A DNA stretch of 37,000 bases, taken from contig CALKOM010000033.1 in assembly GCA_938091905.1 (NCBI GenBank), forward strand, positions 1 through 37,000, written 5' to 3'. Of this stretch, positions 31,201-37,000 are shown one piece after another (positions within the stretch are counted from its first letter, which is position 1; each line of letters begins with the position of its first letter). The notes under the pieces were generated by a model. That model ran no database searches and was not told the DNA's origin. It worked only from the letters and a program-made list of their open reading frames with translations. The position numbers and the translations under genes are program-made. The DNA is from an uncultured Verrucomicrobiales bacterium (GTDB lineage Bacteria; Verrucomicrobiota; Verrucomicrobiia; Verrucomicrobiales; DEV007).

Positions 31201-31353
31201 TGGGGGACATCAGAAAGCTGGCAGGCCTTTGATCGTCCTGTCCCAGTCGAAGCCCGCAATCGCAAGATCATCCTAGAGTTCGAGTTCCTGAGCGATGAGT
31301 TAGGCCCCAATGGTGAGGGTTGGTTTATTGATGATGTCTCTGTGGGGCGATAA
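28216..31353 (+). CDS. Large secreted multidomain protein: two tandem ~226-aa domains, Ig-like, PA14-like, an 'FFR' domain and a C-terminal jelly-roll (InhA/MAM-like) domain
   Basis: Signal peptide from ATG 28216; acidic composition; YPARIVYFNAEGGG (PA14-like); FFDDMEAG…W…GWFIDDVSV. Confidence 0.8.
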   Translation: MNNLLLGWLLAFLLGNAPLLADSWISYNDLADTDPDNSPANITSYGFGRSYSGDGMEGELLDYETAAGTGIQVAFFEMVSEGNTINWAGDAAEFIEGTDANDSFGEALNLQGNLSYNDAPGWHFDIILTGLDPNRTYSFAATANRNGGSSYAERVTNWSLLEADSYQYASSATAHKIDEATVEFSTGNNEAGNVARWTKIQAGDDGRIVIRTTHGAGEENGGLPGAHSYKGYAGGVFSLSLEAAETAYQWIAYNDAVSLDPDGASEDITSIGLGRGYDGPNEGTLRNSNTGDDLGIMVTLTETVSEGNTISWAGDTAEFTEGTDAADTFGGILDLAGNMSYNDAPGWHLDTTFSGLDPNKVYTYAGTVNRNGGDSYGERVTNWMILGSEGYVFGSTEGTHKVADDAVEFSTGNNVAGYVARWTDIQPSAEGTFTIRTSHGIGEENGGLPGAHAYKGYAGGLFLLMEQTSITNQPTAPAVEVFRLTPLNEQAKTHPNTPVQAILKHTRATVDPESVSLTVDGNTVVSNITASPEETRIFFPAEALFASGSTHEAVLQFSDLADPPTDYETAWSFTVETYTDQELFPVIPAALAQPLENLSDPTRGFAVRIGAPTFDGEVTVGALEDVETLWDEDFENVADSTDYNPAGYFIESGSLNYQTDGAARGNKTGEQFFPGIESSEVPGVAFAMESHSLWYLRRGFYTLNVTVGTEFEIYLGAAGQEVQLPRTFPECNNCGGEDAAWVVNFIIEEEGLYPARIVYFNAEGGGSFELLEAAPGGARHLINSGHPNAIVSYVPPEFLTDPLQILTMTPINNQWQIDFLTPDPEAIHEVQSSVTLMQESWATEPNTTIENLNNGLLRALVPQNDSTIQFFRVALQPPPPVFFDDMEAGANDWVVGLREGATATATAWEIGTPETASGLVEGAFSGVQCWATDLDATYAPGALITLRSPVIDLANVERPRLRFQYAVDSTEEVEGGRINFRNESGEILVESDFVFWGTSESWQAFDRPVPVEARNRKIILEFEFLSDELGPNGEGWFIDDVSVGR
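28285..29607 (+). repeat. Intragenic tandem duplication (28285-~28935 and 28963-~29607, 678-bp offset)
   Basis: Shared blocks WI.YND, VSEGNTI.WAGD.AEF.EGTDA, SYNDAPGWH, RNGG.SY.ERVTNW, VEFSTGNN.AG.VARWT, GEENGGLPGAH.YKGYAGG. Confidence 0.92.
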
Positions 31354-31397
31354 GAGCCGCCAACTAGCCCAACTCAGTCCCACACACATACTCCATC

Positions 31398-32309
31398 ATG
31401 CCCTCGAACACACGCCCACCTAAAGATGAAACCGATCTCCGTTACTGGCTGGAGAACATGGTCACGCACCATCGCTTTCAAATGGACGAGGTCAGTGCCG
31501 CCACAGGCCTATCATTTAAGGATATTGCCAGTGCGCTGCGACGTTTGGAAATCCCTGCTTCCCCAGAAGTCAGCAGCCTAAACGGCTTGCGCGTCATGCC
31601 CTATCCCGGCGGCCGACACCCCCGCATTGGGTTCCTCGACGGCGCCATCGATCCTCAGCGCGAGACCAAGATCAGCGTTTTCACGCCTTGGGATCCTAGC
31701 AGTTATGTGGTTGTCGATGTCCCAGAAGCAATCTGGTCAAATCTTGGACTCACCTATCTTGCTCACACCCACATCGATACCGTCTGGAGCAAAGACAACA
31801 TTGCCCTTCCGCCTCAGGAATGGCAATGCCGCGCAGGAGGCACCCTTCGTCTCGCCCGTACCTTGCCCAATGGCCTGCAGTTTGGCTCACTCATCTACCC
31901 GGCCAAAGATCATGTTGCCATGGCGATGTGGCTTCACAACGGCACAGACCAAGCCCTGAGTGATCTCCGCGTTCAGAATTGCGTCATGCTCAAAGCAGCT
32001 GCGGGATTCAATGCGCTTTCAAACGACAACAAGACCCTAGCAGATCCTTATGTGGCCTGTCGCTGTGATCAAGGCGATCGCTGGATCATCACCGCGTGGG
32101 AGCCCTGTCACCGCGCCTGGGCGAATGCTCCCGTTCCTTGTCTCCACGCCGACCCACGCTTTCCCGATACCGCTCCAGGCGAGACCACGATTCTCAATGG
32201 TTGGCTCTCCTTTCACGAAGGACCAGAAGTCCAGCCTGCAATCGATGCTATTTCGAATCGATGGAAACGGCGCACCCTTCAGGACCTCCAAAGCGAAATC
32301 AATCTCTAG
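31398..32309 (+). CDS. Conserved hypothetical protein (PVC-type), function unknown
   Basis: 303-aa ORF with conserved-looking blocks YWLENM..HH, PYPGGRHPRIGFLDGA, YLAHTH, LRVQNCVMLK, PCLH.DP. Confidence 0.75.
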   Translation: MPSNTRPPKDETDLRYWLENMVTHHRFQMDEVSAATGLSFKDIASALRRLEIPASPEVSSLNGLRVMPYPGGRHPRIGFLDGAIDPQRETKISVFTPWDPSSYVVVDVPEAIWSNLGLTYLAHTHIDTVWSKDNIALPPQEWQCRAGGTLRLARTLPNGLQFGSLIYPAKDHVAMAMWLHNGTDQALSDLRVQNCVMLKAAAGFNALSNDNKTLADPYVACRCDQGDRWIITAWEPCHRAWANAPVPCLHADPRFPDTAPGETTILNGWLSFHEGPEVQPAIDAISNRWKRRTLQDLQSEINL

Positions 32310-33424
32310 TTTGCAGTTTGATCCTGCAACCAGTCTTCGGCCCCCTGGGGATCGCTCGCCAACCAGTCACCCAATGCCGACTCCACAGCTTCCGTTCTCA
32401 GCGCGGGATCTTGAATCGTTGAGGACCACACTACATTAGCTTCAGGATCGCGTCGTACGAATCGCGACTCGGTCATTGCTAGAATAGCACTATCTTTGGC
32501 TTCGCCTTCCGGCAATTCTGCTAGCCAACTCGAGGCATCCATTGGATTTGAAGTCATCCAAGCGCTCATGAGACTCTCCATCGCGGTTAGGCGATCCGTA
32601 TCCTCGGTTTGCTCCAACACCCAATTCGCCGCTTCACCAGGGTCTTGATGGGCCCACTGATCGACTAACGTCTGAAGCATTCCAGTGCGTTCATAGCCAG
32701 GCTCTATTGTCGACAGCAAGTCCGTCGCTTCGCCCAGATCGTCTTGGCTCAACTGGGCCATGACACGACCGAAAGCTTCGCCCCTAAGATTTTCGGGCAA
32801 CGAATCTGCCCACTCTAGAGCGCTATCTGGATCGAGCCGCGCCCATTCAGCAGCCAACGTGCCTGCAACTGCAGCGGACTGAGAGCTATCAAAGGTGTCG
32901 ACATGATCAGTTGTTGAATCGAAGTAGCGCGCAGCTTCTACCGGATCCTTCGCAGCCCAGGCACTGATGACGGTTTGTTTGCCCATTTCATGATGAAAGC
33001 CCTTCAAAGAATCCACATAGCTGAGCGCTGTCTTCGGATCAAGTTCGGCATAACGCGCGAGGAGAAGCTGTTGTATAATAAGTCCATCCGACGTTCCTGG
33101 CTGGTATCGCAAGGATTGCAGGTGAGCCAACACATCGCCAGCCTCCATCGATTCTGCATCAGCCATCCAACGATCGAGGCGTCCACGAAACCCTAGCTCT
33201 GCCATCGCCTGAGGCAATAAACATGAAAGAGCATCAGGGCAGGGTGCTGGATTAGGGGTAATTCTAGGACTTTGGGTGGGAATCAATGGCAAGATGCTAG
33301 ATTCGTCCCGATAAGAGAATTTCAGCAATTGCTCAGACGCCATTCGAGCCAAACCCAGCCGGTAGCCATACACGCCTGCCATCACGTGAGTGGCGAGAGC
33401 GAACCACAAGATAGAGGATTTCAT
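32306..33424 (-). CDS. Membrane-anchored helical-repeat protein of Verrucomicrobial type
   Basis: N-terminal hydrophobic segment; repeated W/Y-A..DP..A..W units; ATGA coupling to the upstream gene. Confidence 0.75.
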   Translation of the reverse strand: MKSSILWFALATHVMAGVYGYRLGLARMASEQLLKFSYRDESSILPLIPTQSPRITPNPAPCPDALSCLLPQAMAELGFRGRLDRWMADAESMEAGDVLAHLQSLRYQPGTSDGLIIQQLLLARYAELDPKTALSYVDSLKGFHHEMGKQTVISAWAAKDPVEAARYFDSTTDHVDTFDSSQSAAVAGTLAAEWARLDPDSALEWADSLPENLRGEAFGRVMAQLSQDDLGEATDLLSTIEPGYERTGMLQTLVDQWAHQDPGEAANWVLEQTEDTDRLTAMESLMSAWMTSNPMDASSWLAELPEGEAKDSAILAMTESRFVRRDPEANVVWSSTIQDPALRTEAVESALGDWLASDPQGAEDWLQDQTAN

Positions 33425-34377
33425 GGGGTGACAATTCTGTAGAAGCGTTGACCGACACTAACGGACGTTTTATCAACATACTGAGCGACGCCACCGGAGA
33501 CATCGGCCGCCACTTCCTGATCTAAGAGATTTCGACGCCACATGATACCATCTTGGGAATACTCGATTTGATAGCGTGCCGCAGGTCGGGTGCTCCATGT
33601 CAGAAGCGTACTGCCATCTCCTAGTCTCTCGATCAGAAGAGCGCTTCGATCGGCCTCAGGTGATGCTGTCGCCTCGCCAACGATGGCCAAAGATAGATCA
33701 TCGAAGAGAAGCCAATTATCCCCGGGAAATGTCGTATCAAGAATCTCCCATTCCACAGCAACTCCTGCCACATTCCGTTTCGATTCGATGGCTGTGAACG
33801 CGATCTCATCGAAGAGAGGGATGCCATCCAGGTCAGCGCTCCACACATTCGCGCGAAGATCGATAGTTACTGTAAGCGTATGGATATAATCCGAAAGAAA
33901 GTCTTCTCCTGTGTAAGTGGCATCCCGACCATCGCCTGTCCATACGCCATAATCGAAGAGAGTGGTGTCAAAGTAGATTGTGCCTAGAGTCTCGCCATCT
34001 TCGTTGAAGAATCCGAAGCTGAAGATGTCGTTTCCACGCTCCACCGACTCCGTGATCCCCATGATCGCTTGGAATCGCACCACATCGGTGGCTAGTTCAT
34101 CCATCGTCCGATGAACACTCACAAAGGACGTGCCATCCTCTGGCTCGTTTGCCCCAAGATAGGCCGTGTTGCCTTGTCCACTGACAAGGCCTTCATCGAT
34201 TCCATGAACCCCCTCGGTGACATTCGTTCCCTCCCAACTATCAGTCCCAACGAGCTGGTTCTCACCGATGCCGAAGTCTGAGAAATCGGTCCGGTAGAGA
34301 TCGCGATCACTTGCTCCTACTGATACCGTTGCGGCTATCAGCACGCCCAGGGTGAGACTTGTCCTAAGAGTGTTCAT
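33421..34377 (-). CDS. Secreted acidic beta-sandwich (ConA-like) protein with C-terminal 'FYR' domain
   Basis: Signal peptide; WLLFDDLSL strand; C-terminus LTW…Y.IEYS.D…W…….RFYRIV. Confidence 0.72.
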   Translation of the reverse strand: MNTLRTSLTLGVLIAATVSVGASDRDLYRTDFSDFGIGENQLVGTDSWEGTNVTEGVHGIDEGLVSGQGNTAYLGANEPEDGTSFVSVHRTMDELATDVVRFQAIMGITESVERGNDIFSFGFFNEDGETLGTIYFDTTLFDYGVWTGDGRDATYTGEDFLSDYIHTLTVTIDLRANVWSADLDGIPLFDEIAFTAIESKRNVAGVAVEWEILDTTFPGDNWLLFDDLSLAIVGEATASPEADRSALLIERLGDGSTLLTWSTRPAARYQIEYSQDGIMWRRNLLDQEVAADVSGGVAQYVDKTSVSVGQRFYRIVTP

Positions 34378-34411
34378 GGATATGTTAGAAAGTAAGAAAG
34401 CAAGTTCTAAA

Positions 34412-34484
34412 GGGTGGGCTTTGTGGGCGAACGAGATTCACCCACCAGTTTAAGGAATTTCGAACGCTGGCCAAAGCGCCACCC
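34412..34484 (-). other. Structured intergenic element (predicted three-way junction)
   Basis: Minus strand GGGTGG(C)GCTTTG…CAAAGCCCACCC closing stem, with inner GCCAG/CTGGT and GTGGGTGAA-TCTCG-TTCGCCCAC stems. Confidence 0.5.
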
Positions 34485-34519
34485 TTCAGAGAAGTATTCA
34501 ATTACGGATCCTGATAGAG

Positions 34520-35173
34520 TTATTCCGTTGGATCAGGGGCACCGGCTCCCCCGTCATCTCCTCCAGCTCCCCTGCCACCGCGGAAACCACGGATCACCGC
34601 CACCCGACCACGTCGTCCTTGGCGTAAGACTTTCTTGCGGCCCTTGGAAGCACCGCGCACACGACGCTCTCTGGGCTCTGGGTTTGTGAACTCTTCTAGG
34701 GACACAGTTGTACTTAAATCAGTGTCCAGTCGAGCAAACACGGCGGCCACACGCTCGTCGCTTGAATCAGGATGAGCCGCTTGGAGTTCCTCAAGAGAGA
34801 TTTCGCCATCACCGGCTTCACCGTCGATCTCAGCAAACCGCTCAGCCTTCGCCGCAGCCCGCTCAGCTTCCCTTGCCGCTTTGGCAGCCGCACGCTCTTC
34901 TTCGTTGAGCACGCCATCCTCGTCGACATCGAACTCATCGATGATCGCCTGACGGGCTTCTTCACGCGCGGCTCTTGCTGCGGCCCGAGCTTCTTCTCGT
35001 GCTGACCTCGCGGCTTCTCGCTCTTCATCGGTCACGGTGCCATCACCATCGGCGTCCGCATCAATGGGGGCTGGTCTCTCGCCGCCGAGTCCGAAGACGC
35101 GCTCAGCACTAGCGGTTCCGATAAGGGTGAGGCTCATTGCCGTGAGTGCTAAGGTAGTTGTCTTAAGTTTCAT
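34520..35173 (-). CDS. Secreted EF-hand calcium-binding protein with Arg/Gly-rich tail (start reassigned to ATG 35173)
   Basis: Signal MKLKTTTLAL…ASA; loops DADGDGTVTDEE, DVDEDGVLNEEE, DGEAGDGEISLEE, DTDLSTTVSLEE. Confidence 0.85.
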   Translation of the reverse strand: MKLKTTTLALTAMSLTLIGTASAERVFGLGGERPAPIDADADGDGTVTDEEREAARSAREEARAAARAAREEARQAIIDEFDVDEDGVLNEEERAAAKAAREAERAAAKAERFAEIDGEAGDGEISLEELQAAHPDSSDERVAAVFARLDTDLSTTVSLEEFTNPEPRERRVRGASKGRKKVLRQGRRGRVAVIRGFRGGRGAGGDDGGAGAPDPTE

Positions 35174-35227
35174 GTTTAGGTGTGTGTATGGGTTGATTTC
35201 GTAGTTGGTTAGTTGGTGGGTGAAAGA

Positions 35228-35241
35228 TGACAAAGTTGTCA
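35228..35241. promoter_or_regulatory. Palindromic operator TGACAA-AG-TTGTCA (CusR/CopR-box-like)
   Basis: Perfect 6-2-6 inverted repeat 55 bp upstream of the EF-hand gene; a related TGACA-N4-TGTCA lies at 36098-36111. Confidence 0.45.
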
Positions 35242-35301
35242 CAAAACGTTCTTAATTTAGCGCTTTAGAGTTTGGAATGATAACTGATGGATTTGTATTG
35301 G

Positions 35302-35910
35302 TTAGGAAGCGTCGGTGCGGCGACTCCCGCTTTGATGGCCTCCGCGAACTTCGCGAAGGAGGCTTTGAAGAGCGGACTTCATCTCTTGATGCCTAGCACG
35401 CTGGTCTTCTCGAAAGTCGTTTCGTAGCCGTTCTCGTTCCTCTGGTGAGTTGGCGTCTAGGAGTTGATCATTGTAGCGCTGCCTCTGTTGACGGCGCTCC
35501 TCCGTGGCCTTGCTTCGCTCATCGTGATAGTCTGTGAGTGCAGCAAGACGTGAATTCCCGGTGGCATCTCTTGATAAGTCCTTTGCAAGGTTCTGCTGCT
35601 CCTTCAAGGCTTCTTCATGCTCTCTTTTAAAGCCTTTGACCACCCGGTCAACGGCCTCACGGGACGGGCCGTCACCTAACTTAGAAATCTCGCGCGCCAA
35701 GTCTTCTCGTAATGCTTCACGCTCAGACTCGTAATGCTCTCGAATATCATTATCGCTGTTAGACGAGCTTTGCCGAGATTCCCGAATAGCCTCTGCCGCA
35801 CGGTCCGCACTTTCTCGGAGTGCTCTCCGATCATCATCACCTAGTGCCATCCCCACCATCACGGCCATTGCCGCGATGGTTAGGGGAGAGAGGATGGTCA
35901 CTGAGTTCAT
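35302..35910 (-). CDS. Secreted highly charged alpha-helical/coiled-coil protein
   Basis: Signal peptide, then an R/E/D/Q-rich helical sequence lacking Cys and Trp. Confidence 0.75.
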   Translation of the reverse strand: MNSVTILSPLTIAAMAVMVGMALGDDDRRALRESADRAAEAIRESRQSSSNSDNDIREHYESEREALREDLAREISKLGDGPSREAVDRVVKGFKREHEEALKEQQNLAKDLSRDATGNSRLAALTDYHDERSKATEERRQQRQRYNDQLLDANSPEERERLRNDFREDQRARHQEMKSALQSLLREVRGGHQSGSRRTDAS

Positions 35911-35940
35911 GATGTGGGGTTACCGTTCTTCCCCTTATCA

Positions 35941-35999
35941 TCGCCCGTTCTGTGCCAAGCCTACGCAATACGCCTAAGTCTTTCTTGAAAAGCGCTTTA
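35941..35999 (-). promoter_or_regulatory. Putative sigma54 -24/-12 element plus IHF-like site
   Basis: Minus strand TTGGCACAGAACGGGC (GG-N10-GC, weak -12); plus strand TAAGTCTTT-N-AAAGCGCTTTA at 35975-35999. Confidence 0.4.
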
Positions 36000-36033
36000 T
36001 GCAACAACTAGCCACAAAGCTGAAACAGTGCGA

Positions 36034-36091
36034 TTGGGAATAGTTCCCAAGCCAATCTGGGAATCCATTCCCAACATGGGAACTATTCCCT
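36034..36091. promoter_or_regulatory. Three tandem palindromic transcription-factor sites GGGAA-N3/4-TTCCC
   Basis: TTGGGAATAGTTCCCAA (36034-50), TGGGAATCCATTCCCA (36058-73), TGGGAACTATTCCC (36077-90). Confidence 0.7.
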
Positions 36092-36141
36092 GTTTCCTGA
36101 CACCCCTGTCATGAAGCAGCGTTAGACATAGGTACGATGAA

Positions 36142-36686
36142 ATGGAGGGCACCTATTCTGAAACCAAGTCCCCCATTGCGCGGATTATCCTGTCTCCATA
36201 ATCCTGTCAGAACAGACATGAGCAGGATCATTGGGACAGAATGAGACCTCCACAGGCAGCTCCGCCTTAGGCCATGAGCTTCTCAAGCTCGGAGAAATCA
36301 GTGACATCTCCTGGACATCCCTGGGATCACCTGCCGTAACCAGATTCCTCGGATTCGTCCTTCTTTCTAATTCCGACAGACTCCTAGAAGCAAGAGCATC
36401 CATCGATCTTTTGCGGCTTTCGTACGTCAATAAAGGTGGCATAAAGAGCATCAATACTGTCCGCGAGTGCCATTATGTTTTCATACGACGTCCAGTACCA
36501 GCCGCCTCTGACTAACGCCTTTCGACTTTTGAATTCTGGGCGCCCGGACCGGAGCAATCAAGTTCGCACGCTCCCAAAAAGCCAGAAGTCGGACTGCATC
36601 CGCCTGTTAGCCTCGAATAGTAAGTATGACGTCGTGACCTTCTTTCTCGCTGCGAACAACTCGAGTCAGAAGACCCGGAAATTCTA
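36142..36686 (+). pseudogene. Decayed NarL/FixJ (LuxR-type) response regulator, frameshifted and truncated by an IS
   Basis: Joined frames give FVLLSNSD…ASIDL..LSYVNK…SINTVRECHYV/FSYDVQ…RTLPKSQ..DCIRLLA, matching receiver b4-a4-b5, linker and start of a LuxR HTH. Confidence 0.45.
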
Positions 36687-37000
36687 GGGTGTGTTTTATA
36701 ACACTATCTGGTGGAAGATTACGAAGCCTGATGTAAGATCGATTTCCAACATAACACAGATCAACGAACACGCAAAGGCGGGCTCTCAAGCCAAGGCCCT
36801 AAAAAAATTGATCTGATGCCGGAGGAGGCATACTAACACTAAGTAGGAAGGACGGTAGGCCCCCGATGGATATCTTGGTCGTTTTGAGAGCGATTCTCTA
36901 CCGACTCAGACAAGGCTGTAGCTGGCGAACGCTGTCCATCTTTGGCCATTGGGAGACAATCTACGGACATTGGCGCAGGTGGGTTGACATGGGTATCTGG
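36687..37000 (+). mobile_element. IS5-family insertion sequence, left part with partial transposase running off the window
   Basis: 36812-37000 encodes RKDGRPPMDILVVLRAILYRLRQGCSWRTLSIFGHWETIYGHWRRWVDMGIW (DUF4096-type N-terminus; not in the ORF track). The probable left end GGGTGTGTTTTATAAC follows TA in CTAG. Confidence 0.8.

Noticed and set aside
36034..36091. Mini CRISPR array
   Set aside because: Units are only 14-17 bp with 3-7 bp gaps, there are no spacer-sized uniques and no cas genes

Overview
About 55% GC bacterial chromosome segment. Gene content and protein style point to Verrucomicrobiota (inference). Positions 0.6-25 kb are mostly housekeeping: sucC-sucD-citrate synthase, HU, mutY, rapA, a sugar epimerase/DUF1080/Tat-Gfo cluster, an S1 protease, and one long minus-strand run tig-clpP-clpX-maf-polX-plsY-gpsA-selA-esterase. 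Positions 25.9-37 kb are accessory: a collapsed DoxX/DUF2071/methyltransferase remnant; an ECF sigma / thioredoxin-fold anti-sigma / TSPO cassette; a large secreted protein with a tandemly duplicated domain; and a four-gene operon of exported proteins (charged helical, EF-hand, beta-sandwich, helical repeat). That operon has a dense upstream region with three nested GGGAA-N3/4-TTCCC palindromes, an IHF-like site, a sigma54-like GG-N10-GC and TGACA-N4-TGTCA boxes. It faces a decayed NarL-type response regulator cut by an IS5-family element at the window end. The best candidates for undescribed systems are this operon with its regulatory region, the ECF/Trx-anti-sigma/TSPO module and a DUF1080-ExbD-like fusion. 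No tRNA, rRNA or CRISPR array was seen. All family calls come from reading motifs by eye; no searches were run.
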